From contig JBHHZJ010000005.1 in the NCBI GenBank assembly GCA_046758005.1, positions 3,155 to 67,154 of the forward strand: DNA of 64,000 nucleotides, written 5' to 3'. Shown here piece by piece: positions 56,710-64,000 of the stretch (within the stretch, counting starts at the first letter, position 1; every line of letters starts with the position of its first letter). Position numbers and translations under genes: made by a program. The stretch is from Kiloniellaceae bacterium (lineage in GTDB: Bacteria > Pseudomonadota > Alphaproteobacteria > Kiloniellales > J153). The notes below the pieces were generated by a model, which was not told the origin of the DNA, did no database searches, and saw only the letters and a list, made by a program, of their open reading frames with translations.

Positions 56710-57495
56710 TTACCGGGGGCCCGCAGCGGCGGCGCGCAGCGCGGCCAGGCTGGAGCGCGCCGCATCGCGCAGCAACAGGACATCCGCATCGGCCAGAACG
56801 AGGTCGTAGCCCGCCTCGAGCAACCGCCCGACCGAGCGCCCCGGGGTCGGAATCCCGCCCAAGGTCGCGCCGCCGGCCTTGGCCGCCGTTTCCACCTTCT
56901 CGATCATGGCGCGCACCTCCGGATGGTCGGGCTCGCCCAGGTGCCCGGTGTTGGCCGAGAGGTCGAAGGGTCCGACGAACAGCATGTCCACACCGTCGAG
57001 GCCGGCGATCGCGGCCGCATTGCGCACCGCTTCGGCGCTCTCGATCTGGCACATGATCAGCAGGGAGGAGTCGGCCGCCGCAACGTAGTCCCGCCAGCGG
57101 GCGCCGTAGTCGGAAGCGCGCACGATGCTGGCCGCCATGCCGCGCCGACCGCGCGGCGGATAGCGGCATGCCGCCACCGCCGCCTCGGCCTGCGCCGTCG
57201 TGTCGACCGCCGGGACCATGACCCCGGCCACGCCGATGTCGAGCACGCGCTTGAGGGCCACCGGGTCGTTGGACGGCACGCGCACGAGGGGCGCACAGGC
57301 GCGTCCCTGGACCGCTTGCAGCAGCGCAACCGCGTCCAGGTACGAGCCGGGTCCGTGCTCGAGGTCGATCAGGACGCAGTCGTAGCCCGCCTGGGCCACG
57401 ATCTCCGCCGCGATCGGGCTGAACATCTCCAGCCAGCACCCGAAGGCGGGCCCGGCCTCGCGATGGCGCGGCTTGAAGCTCGTGGCCTGGCTCAT
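56710..57495 (-). CDS. HpcH/HpaI family 2-keto-3-deoxy-acid aldolase
   Basis: 261 aa from ATG 57495. Contains GCWLEMFSPIAAEIVAQAGYDCVLIDLEHG, RVPSNDPVALKRVLDIG and IMCQIES...DMLFVGPFDLS. Confidence 0.85.
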   Translation of the reverse strand: MSQATSFKPRHREAGPAFGCWLEMFSPIAAEIVAQAGYDCVLIDLEHGPGSYLDAVALLQAVQGRACAPLVRVPSNDPVALKRVLDIGVAGVMVPAVDTTAQAEAAVAACRYPPRGRRGMAASIVRASDYGARWRDYVAAADSSLLIMCQIESAEAVRNAAAIAGLDGVDMLFVGPFDLSANTGHLGEPDHPEVRAMIEKVETAAKAGGATLGGIPTPGRSVGRLLEAGYDLVLADADVLLLRDAARSSLAALRAAAAGPR

Positions 57496-57559
57496 GCGTC
57501 CCCTTCCGCCCCGTCTTCCGCCCGCCGGCGCGAAGGCGCCGGGGCCCCGCACCGAGCCG

Positions 57560-58768
57560 CTAATTATGGGTTTGGCCCGGAAGCACTTTGCAGAACGCCG
57601 CCGGGTCCATCCCGCGCAACTGCTGACACAGGGCGCGGGCCGCCGCGGCGGTCGGCAAGCCTTCCGCGACGACCCGATAGAACACCCCGCCCTGGCCGAG
57701 ATCCGCCGGCGCGACAACGATCCGCCGGCCGGCGAAAACGTTCGGGTGCTTCCGCCGTATCTCGCGCACCGCGCCCGCCGCGGCCGCTTCGCTCTTCTCG
57801 GAGCGGAACCAGACCCGGAACGTCCCGCCGTGGACGCCGCCCGAGCCCGCCAATTCCTTCTCCGCCGCCTGCGGCTGCGGCTGGCGCGCCACCTGCGTCG
57901 GCGCGGGCTCGGCCTTCGGGGCGGCCGCTGCGGGCTTGTCGATCACGGGCGCCTCGGGCAGGGCCGGCTTCCGGGCGGCCGCGGGTCCGCTCGCGGGTTG
58001 CGCCGGCGCCGGGGGCGGCGGCAGCGTGGGCTTCTCCTGGTCCTTGCCGGCGCCCGCCTCGCCGGCCTCGAGCGCGCCGCCCGCGTCCTCCGCCGCGCCG
58101 GACAGCGTCTGCGCCAGCCTCGGCTTGACGCCTTCCCGGCGCAGCAGTTCGGCCTGCTCCCTGGCCTTGGCGTGGCCCTGGGCGGCGGCGAGCTGATACC
58201 AGTTCAAGGCCTCGCCCTTGTCGACCTGCGAGTTGAGGCCGAGCAGCTTGATCTGGCCCAGCGCGTACTGCGCGTCGGCCAGGCCGAGCCCCGCCGCGCG
58301 GCGGAACCAGCGCTCGGCCTCCACCTTGTTTTCAGCCACCCCTTCGCCCCGGAAATAGGCGAGCGCGAGATTGAACTGGGCCATGGAATGGTCCTGCCGC
58401 GCCGCCAGGGTCCACAGCTCCACGGCGCGCGCCGGATCGCGCGCCGCACCGCGCCCCTGCGCGTACATCAGGCCGAGATTGTTCTGCGCCGCCGAAATTC
58501 CTTGCGCCGCCGAGAGGCGATACCACTCGACGGCGCGCCGGTCGTCCTTGGGCAGGTCCATTCCGCCGGTCTCGTACAGCTTGCCCAGGCTGTACTGGGC
58601 GGTGGCGTCGCCGCCGCGGGCGAGCGGCTCCCAGATCCGCGCCGCCCGTTCGTAGTCGCCCGCCTCGTAGGCCGCCATCCCCGCGTCGTAGCCCTGCGCC
58701 CATGCCGGCGCGGCCAGCCCGCACACGATAAGCGCAAGCCGCCCGGCGCGCGCGAGGGTGTCGATCAT
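57560..58768 (-). CDS. Sel1-repeat protein with C-terminal SPOR-like domain
   Basis: ATG 58768 (MIDTLARAGRLALIVCGLAAPAWA signal peptide); ATG 58798 is an alternative. Contains about 5 Sel1 repeats (AQYSLGKLYETG..., AQNNLGLMYAQG..., AQFNLALAYFRG...), a Pro/Ala linker, and a SPOR-like end (FRVWFRSEKSEAAA...GVFYRVV). The supplied ORF extension runs into tRNA-His. Confidence 0.8.
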   Translation of the reverse strand: MIDTLARAGRLALIVCGLAAPAWAQGYDAGMAAYEAGDYERAARIWEPLARGGDATAQYSLGKLYETGGMDLPKDDRRAVEWYRLSAAQGISAAQNNLGLMYAQGRGAARDPARAVELWTLAARQDHSMAQFNLALAYFRGEGVAENKVEAERWFRRAAGLGLADAQYALGQIKLLGLNSQVDKGEALNWYQLAAAQGHAKAREQAELLRREGVKPRLAQTLSGAAEDAGGALEAGEAGAGKDQEKPTLPPPPAPAQPASGPAAARKPALPEAPVIDKPAAAAPKAEPAPTQVARQPQPQAAEKELAGSGGVHGGTFRVWFRSEKSEAAAAGAVREIRRKHPNVFAGRRIVVAPADLGQGGVFYRVVAEGLPTAAAARALCQQLRGMDPAAFCKVLPGQTHN

Positions 58769-58863
58769 TCGGACGCCGACAGATGCCCGCGGGCGCATCG
58801 CGGTGTCAGCGGCCTTGCCGCGCCGCGGCCAGGGGCGCGGAAGATGGCCCGCGGCAGCGGGAA

Positions 58864-58941
58864 TGGGGTGGCTGATGGGACTTGAACCCACGACCCTCGG
58901 TACCACAAACCGATGCTCTGACCAACTGAGCTACAGCCACC
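58864..58941 (-). tRNA. tRNA-His (anticodon GTG) with encoded G-1
   Basis: Reverse complement GGTGGCTGTAGCTCAGTTGGTCAGAGCATCGGTTTGTGGTACCGAGGGTCGTGGGTTCAAGTCCCATCAGCCACCCCA. Anticodon loop TTGTGGT; G-1:C73; encoded CCA. Confidence 0.94.
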
Positions 58942-59133
58942 ACGAACTGGCGCAATCTCCGGATTGCCGCCATACGGCGCGGCGGCGGGGACGCTCGGTG
59001 TTAAATCACCCGCATTCAGCCCCGTCAAGCGCAACGCATGGCTTGCCGCGCGGCGCGGCCAGGGCGTAGGCTGCGGGCGAAAATGGCGGGCGCAGCCGCG
59101 GCGAGTCGAGCCTGCGCTCGAAGGAGAGCCGAC

Positions 59134-60315
59134 ATGCTCGAACCCGCAGCCGCAATCGGCCGCATCGGCACCGAGAGCGCCTTCGAGGTTCTGGCCCGGG
59201 CCAAGGCGCTCGAGGCGCAAGGCCGCTCGATCGTCAACCTCGGCATCGGCCAGCCCGATTTCCAGACCCCCGGCCACATCGTCGAGGCCGCGGTCAAGGC
59301 CCTGCGCGACGGCCACCACGGCTACACGCCGGCCGCCGGCATCCCGGAGCTGCGCGAAGCGGTCGCCGCCGATTTGCACCGACGCCTCGGCGTCGAGGTC
59401 GATCCGGGGCTCGTCCTCGTCGTGCCCGGGGGCAAGGTGACCATGTTCTTCGCCGTGCTCATGTTCGGCGAGCCGGGCGTGGAAATCCTGTACCCCAACC
59501 CGGGCTTCCCGATCTACGAATCGGTCATCTCCTTCAGCGGCGCGAGGCCGGTGCCGATCCCGCTGTTGGAGACGAACGAGTTCGCCTTCTCGGCCGAGGA
59601 CGTGCTGGCGCGGATCACGCCGGCCACGCGCCTCATCATCCTCAACAGCCCGGCCAACCCGACCGGCGGCGTCACCCCGCGCGAGGAGGTCGACAAGCTG
59701 GTCGCCGGGTTGCGGCGCCACCCGGGCGTGGCCGTGCTCTCCGACGAGATCTACGGCCAGATGCTCTACGACGGGCGCGAGCACGCCAGCCTCCTGCACT
59801 ACCCGGAAATCCGCGACCAGGTGATCCTGCTCGACGGCTGGAGCAAGACCTACGCCATGACCGGCTGGCGCCTTGGATTCGGCGTCTGGCCACGGCGACT
59901 GATCGAGGGCGCGACGCGGCTGGCGATCAACTGCCACTCCTGCGTCAACGCCCCGGCCCAGCATGCCGGCATCGCGGCCCTGACCGGCCCGCAGCAGGCG
60001 GTCGCCGACATGGTCGCGGCCTTCGACGCGCGCCGTCGGGTCGTGGTCGAGGAGGTGAACAAGATCGCGGGCCTGTCCTGCGTGACCCCGGGCGGCGCCT
60101 TCTACGCTTTCCCGAACGTCGCCGGGACCGGCGTCGCGGCCAAGGAGATGGAGGTCAAGCTGCTCGAGGAGGCCGGGGTCGCCACCGTCGCCGGGACCAG
60201 CTTCGGGCGCTACGGCGAGGGCTACCTGCGCCTGTCCTACGCCAACTCGATCGAGAACATCCGGGAGGCCATGCGCCGCATCCGCGGCTGGCTCGAGGCG
60301 CGCCGGGCGGCCTGA
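59134..60315 (+). CDS. Class I pyridoxal-phosphate-dependent aminotransferase (aspartate/aromatic type)
   Basis: ORF 59038..60315 trimmed to ATG 59134, with SD AAGGAGAG upstream. 393 aa. Contains NPANPTGG and the PLP-lysine motif GWSKTYAMTGWRLG. Confidence 0.9.
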   Translation: MLEPAAAIGRIGTESAFEVLARAKALEAQGRSIVNLGIGQPDFQTPGHIVEAAVKALRDGHHGYTPAAGIPELREAVAADLHRRLGVEVDPGLVLVVPGGKVTMFFAVLMFGEPGVEILYPNPGFPIYESVISFSGARPVPIPLLETNEFAFSAEDVLARITPATRLIILNSPANPTGGVTPREEVDKLVAGLRRHPGVAVLSDEIYGQMLYDGREHASLLHYPEIRDQVILLDGWSKTYAMTGWRLGFGVWPRRLIEGATRLAINCHSCVNAPAQHAGIAALTGPQQAVADMVAAFDARRRVVVEEVNKIAGLSCVTPGGAFYAFPNVAGTGVAAKEMEVKLLEEAGVATVAGTSFGRYGEGYLRLSYANSIENIREAMRRIRGWLEARRAA

Positions 60316-60493
60316 AGGCCACCAGACGGCCGCAGATCCGCCGCGCGCCCAAGCGACTGCTCACGTACTATGCACAATGCCGATTTATTAGGCGAACGCC
60401 CGTGGCGCCACACCCCATCCGTTCCGCGCCGAGGCCCCGATTTTCTTAATTAGATCAAAGTATAAGTATGGACGGTGCCAGGCCGCCGCAAAC

Positions 60494-60509
60494 TGGTACG
60501 CCGTGTGCG
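60494..60509 (+). promoter_or_regulatory. Possible sigma54 (-24/-12) promoter upstream of glnB
   Basis: TGGTACG-CCGT-GTGCG has GG and GC at the canonical 10-nt spacing (consensus TGGCACG-N4-TTGC; 2 mismatches). It lies about 100 nt upstream of the glnB ATG. Confidence 0.3.
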
Positions 60510-60575
60510 TTAGGACTGGGGAATGGCGCTCCGCGCGCCCCGGCCGGCGCGGAACAGTCCCGCCAGGCCGCATGA

Positions 60576-60950
<375 letters not shown>

Positions 60951-61023
60951 GGGCCGCGCCCGCGGACCGGCCAAGTCCCGACACACGGTTCCACCGAAAA
61001 AACCAACGATGGGGAAAACAAGC

Positions 61024-62433
61024 ATGTCCGACGTGAAAAAAGTTCTCGATCTCATGAAGGAGAACGACGTCAAGTATGTTGACTTCCGGTTCACCGACCC
61101 GCGCGGCAAGTGGCAGCACCTCGCGATCCACGCCGATGCGGTCGACGAGGACGCCCTGACCGACGGCGTCATGTTCGACGGATCCTCGATCGCCGGCTGG
61201 AAGGCGATCAACGAATCCGACATGACCCTGGTCCCGGACCTCTCGACCGCCGTCATGGACCCGTTCGCGGCGCAGCCGCTGCTCATTCTGGTCTGCGACG
61301 TGAACGAGCCCGCGACCGGCCAGCCCTACGAGCGCGATCCGCGCTCCACCGCCAAGAAGGCGGAGGCCTACCTCAAGGCCACCGGCATCGGCGACACCGC
61401 CGTGTTCGGGCCGGAAGCGGAGTTCTTCGTGTTCGACGACGTGCGCTTCAAGGTCGAGCAGAACCACTGCTTCTTCCACTTCACGGCCGAGGAAGGCCCG
61501 TACATGTCGGGCGAGGCCATGGAGGAAGGCAACATCGGCCACCGGCCGCCGCCCAAGGGCGGCTATTTCCCGGTGCCGCCCGTCGATTCCGCCACCGACC
61601 TGCGCGCCGAGATGCTCACGGTCATGGGCGAGATGGGCCTCAAGGTCGAGAAGCACCACCACGAAGTCGCCCCGGCGCAGCACGAGCTCGGCTTCAGGTT
61701 CGACACCCTGGTGCGCACGGCGGACAACCTGCAGATCTACAAGTACGTGGTGCAAAACGTGGCGCACACCTACGGCAAGACGGCCACGTTCATGCCGAAG
61801 CCGGTGTTCGGGGACAACGGCTCGGGCATGCATACGCACCAGTCGATCTGGAAGGACGGCAAGCCCCTGTTCGCCGGGGACGGCTACGCCGGCCTGTCGG
61901 AGGCCGCGCTCTACTACATCGGCGGGGTCATGAAGCACGCCCGGGCGATCAACGCCTTCAGCAACCCGACGACCAACAGCTTCAAGCGGCTGGTGCCGGG
62001 CTTCGAGGCCCCGGTGCTGCTCGCCTACTCCGGGCGCAACCGCTCGGCGGCCTGCCGCATCCCGTTCGGCGCGAGCCCGAAGTCCAGGCGCGTCGAGGTG
62101 CGCTTCCCCGACCCGACCGCGAACCCGTACCTCGCCTTCTCGGCCATGCTCATGGCCGGCATGGACGGGATCAAGAACAAGACTCACCCGGGCGACCCCA
62201 TCGACAAGAACCTCTACGATCTGCCGCCGGAGGAGCTGAAGGACGTGCCGACGGTGTGCGGCTCGCTGCGCGAGGCGGCGAACGCGCTCGTCGACGACCA
62301 CGAGTTCCTGCTCGCCGGGGACGTCTTCACCAAGGAGCAGATCGACGCGTACCTGGATCTCAAGTGGGAGGAGATCTACCGCTTCGAGCACGCCCCGCAC
62401 CCGGTCGAGTTCCAGATGTATTACTCGTCGTAG
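61024..62433 (+). CDS. glnA: Glutamine synthetase type I
   Basis: ORF 61009..62433 trimmed to ATG 61024 ([32 protein letters not shown]). 469 aa, with an adenylylation-site context (NLYDLPPEE). Confidence 0.96.
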   Translation: MSDVKKVLDLMKENDVKYVDFRFTDPRGKWQHLAIHADAVDEDALTDGVMFDGSSIAGWKAINESDMTLVPDLSTAVMDPFAAQPLLILVCDVNEPATGQPYERDPRSTAKKAEAYLKATGIGDTAVFGPEAEFFVFDDVRFKVEQNHCFFHFTAEEGPYMSGEAMEEGNIGHRPPPKGGYFPVPPVDSATDLRAEMLTVMGEMGLKVEKHHHEVAPAQHELGFRFDTLVRTADNLQIYKYVVQNVAHTYGKTATFMPKPVFGDNGSGMHTHQSIWKDGKPLFAGDGYAGLSEAALYYIGGVMKHARAINAFSNPTTNSFKRLVPGFEAPVLLAYSGRNRSAACRIPFGASPKSRRVEVRFPDPTANPYLAFSAMLMAGMDGIKNKTHPGDPIDKNLYDLPPEELKDVPTVCGSLREAANALVDDHEFLLAGDVFTKEQIDAYLDLKWEEIYRFEHAPHPVEFQMYYSS

Positions 62434-62508
62434 CGCGCGCTCGAAGGGCAAGCGCACGGGCCGCCGGCGGGGCGCGCCGGAGCGCGAACGATCGGATTCG
62501 ATTCGCCG

Positions 62509-62530
62509 CGCCGGCCCGGAGCGGCCGGCG
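62509..62530. terminator. GC-rich hairpin between convergent glnA and the small minus-strand ORF
   Basis: CGCCGGCC-cggagc-GGCCGGCG, a perfect 8-bp stem. No U-tract on either side, so function as a terminator is uncertain. Confidence 0.3.
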
Positions 62531-62531
62531 A

Positions 62532-62747
62532 TCAGGCGGCGCTGGAGACCGGGCCGGGTTGCGCCGACGGGGCCACCGCGCCCTCGATCGCGCCGGGCGG
62601 GCCGAGCCCCGCGCGAACCCGTGCGATCAGCCGCTGCACCTCCTGCTTGCCCGTCCCGTCGACCTCCATCAACAGGCGCGCGATCGGGTCGTCCAGGATG
62701 TCGTCCAGCGACGGCTCCCCGCCCGCCTGCTCCCACGCCTTTTTCAT
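62532..62747 (-). CDS. Hypothetical 71-aa protein
   Basis: ORF 62532..62840 trimmed to ATG 62747, which has SD GGGAGG ending 6 nt upstream; ATG 62753 is an alternative. Sequence MKKAWEQAGGEPSLDDILDDPIARLLMEVDGTGKQEVQRLIARVRAGLG followed by a Pro/Ala tail. Family not recognised. Confidence 0.5.
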   Translation of the reverse strand: MKKAWEQAGGEPSLDDILDDPIARLLMEVDGTGKQEVQRLIARVRAGLGPPGAIEGAVAPSAQPGPVSSAA

Positions 62748-62909
62748 TGCCATCCTCCCTCGTCCTCCCGGATCCGACGGCCGCTTTCGTCGCTCCCGGT
62801 GAATTCGTCCAAATATACTGCGATCAAAAACATCCGGCAAGTATTATATTATTTTCAATTTTCCATATTTAAACAAAAAAGGAATAGCTACTTTACATTA
62901 ACTGCCAAA

Positions 62910-62928
62910 TTAGGGTAACATACCCTAA
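62910..62928. promoter_or_regulatory. Perfect palindrome TTAGGGTA-aca-TACCCTAA (candidate operator)
   Basis: Read directly from the sequence. Overlaps the -10-like TAACAT of a TTTACA-N18-TAACAT element that faces the HTH gene. Confidence 0.5.
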
Positions 62929-62976
62929 CGACCGGTCATCCGGGTCTCATGCCCGGGCCTCCCCAGGGTTGACTGC

Positions 62977-62996
62977 CCTAATAACGATCTATTAGG
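62977..62996. promoter_or_regulatory. Perfect palindrome CCTAATA-acgatc-TATTAGG (candidate operator)
   Basis: Read directly from the sequence. Immediately downstream of a -35-like TTGACT (62969-62974) and about 60 nt upstream of the HTH gene ATG. Confidence 0.5.
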
Positions 62997-63057
62997 ACCT
63001 TTGGCCCTAGCATCGAGAACGAAAGCGCGCCGCCAAGCGCGAAGAAGGATCCGCCCG

Positions 63058-63315
63058 ATGCCCCGCGATACCACCGAGGCGCGCCCGATGACGGCAGAGG
63101 AACTGCGGCGCCACTGCTCGCGCCTGTACGGCGCGCACCGCTGGCAGACCGCGCTCGCCCGGGAGCTTCAGGTCAACGACCGCACGGTGCGCCGCTGGGC
63201 CTCCGGCGCCTCGCCGGTGCCGCAGTCGGCGGCCCTGTGCGTGCGGCTCATGGTCTTCCTCGACGAGCTGAGCTGGCTCGGCGAATGGCGCAAGCTGCTC
63301 GAGGAGGAATTTTGA
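63058..63315 (+). CDS. Small Cro/YdaS/XRE-like helix-turn-helix protein (85 aa)
   Basis: ORF 63001..63315 (TTG start) trimmed to ATG 63058, with SD AAGGA 8 nt upstream. The core HRWQTALARELQVNDRTVRRWASGASPVPQSAALCV looks like a Cro/YdaS-type HTH (pattern recognition only). Confidence 0.55.
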   Translation: MPRDTTEARPMTAEELRRHCSRLYGAHRWQTALARELQVNDRTVRRWASGASPVPQSAALCVRLMVFLDELSWLGEWRKLLEEEF

Positions 63316-63373
63316 GGCGCGGGGGCCTCGTCCGGGGCTGGCCGCGACGTGCGCGCCAGGAGCCGCCAATCGC

Positions 63374-63745
63374 TCAACGAGGCAGCGTGATCGTGACCTC
63401 TTGGCCGCCGGTGCCGTGCACCTTGTCGTGGGCGCGCAGGGTCACGGCGTCGATGCCCTCGGGGACGGCCACGCCGCCGAGCGAGCGGGTGAACGGCTGC
63501 TCGGTCTCGTGCGGGTGCAGCAGCACGCGGGTGCCGAGGACGCGCCCGTCCGGGGCCAGCACCTCCCACTTGTCGGCGTAGTGGTCCCACCCGGCGTCCT
63601 CGTGCGCCACGGTGACGTGGAAGCGCCAGGTCCCGGTCCCCTCGCGAACCGCCTCGACGGCGAGCACGTCGGCCTCGCCGGCAAGCGCCGGCCAAGCCGC
63701 GCCGAGATGGGCGAGGGCGAGGACGGCCGCCAAGGTCCGCCTCAC
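63374..63745 (-). CDS. Hypothetical secreted His-rich protein (123 aa)
   Basis: ORF 63374..63922 trimmed to GTG 63745, which overlaps the TGA of the upstream thioesterase (GTGA). Signal peptide VRRTLAAVLALAHLGAAWPALA. The mature part contains WRFHVTVAHEDAGWDHYADKWEV...LLHPHETEQPFTRS. Confidence 0.55.
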   Translation of the reverse strand: MRRTLAAVLALAHLGAAWPALAGEADVLAVEAVREGTGTWRFHVTVAHEDAGWDHYADKWEVLAPDGRVLGTRVLLHPHETEQPFTRSLGGVAVPEGIDAVTLRAHDKVHGTGGQEVTITLPR

Positions 63746-64000
63746 TGGGCCGCCGCCTCCTTCGGCACCGGGCGCGGCCGCCCGTTCGCGTCGAGGGCCA
63801 CGTAGACGAAACGGCCCTCGGTGACCTTGACCCGCTCGCCGCGGCGGCGGCGCAGCGCCCAGGCCTCGAGCCGGATGGTGATCGACGTGCCGCCGATCCG
63901 TTCGATCTCGGTATAGACGCACAGCACGTCCCCGACGTAGACGGGAAGGTGAAAGGTCATGGCGGTCACCGCCACCGTGGCGACCCGCCCGCGGGCGCGC
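63742..64000 (-). CDS. Acyl-CoA thioesterase (hot-dog fold, YciA-like); N-terminus beyond window edge
   Basis: The C-terminal 77+ aa read ...AVTAMTFHLPVYVGDVLCVYTEIERIGGTSITIRLEAWALRRRRGERVKVTEGRFVYVALDANGRPRPVP. The frame is open to position 64000. Confidence 0.75.
   Translation of the reverse strand, partial: RARGRVATVAVTAMTFHLPVYVGDVLCVYTEIERIGGTSITIRLEAWALRRRRGERVKVTEGRFVYVALDANGRPRPVPKEAAAQ

Overview
This is a high-GC (roughly two-thirds G+C by eye) bacterial chromosomal segment. Gene content and order point to an alphaproteobacterium, probably Rhodospirillales-like (inference). The supporting blocks are an lpxI-containing lipid A cluster, tig-clpP-clpX-lon-hup-tRNAs-nuoA..N-birA-coaX-rnj, glnB-glnA, and a short ProRS without the insertion domain. 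I call about 60 protein genes and 4 tRNAs (Asp-GTC, Val-TAC, Leu-TAG, His-GTG). Almost all lie on the minus strand.

The content is overwhelmingly core housekeeping. From left to right: lpxI-lpxA-fabZ-lpxD-skp-bamA-rseP-dxr-cdsA-uppS-frr-pyrH-tsf-rpsB; dnaE; a homocysteine methyltransferase-like gene; lolD-lolC; proS; an NCS2 purine permease; tag; DUF1467; methylmalonyl-CoA epimerase; a TIGR02466-type oxygenase-like gene; the complete 14-gene NADH dehydrogenase operon, translationally coupled to birA-coaX-rnj; hup, lon, clpX, clpP, tig; an orphan AceE-type E1 protein; nnr; an HpcH-type aldolase; a Sel1/SPOR protein; an aminotransferase; glnB-glnA; a few small orphans; and a truncated acyl-CoA thioesterase.

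I saw no rRNA, CRISPR array, transposase, integrase or prophage block, and I do not see a convincing multi-gene novel system. The most interesting leads are small:
1. A divergent pair of small genes (one Cro/YdaS-like HTH) around a ~30% GC island with two perfect palindromes, downstream of glnA.
2. A promoter-to-terminator candidate sRNA of about 150 nt, downstream of the purine permease.
3. A 467-nt structured non-coding spacer between tRNA-Val and tRNA-Asp.
4. A ~110-aa tandem-repeat tail on ribosomal protein uS2.
5. An orphan 87-aa gene with its own terminator in a low-GC pocket.

All family calls come from reading the translations and from memory of the families. No database search was run.
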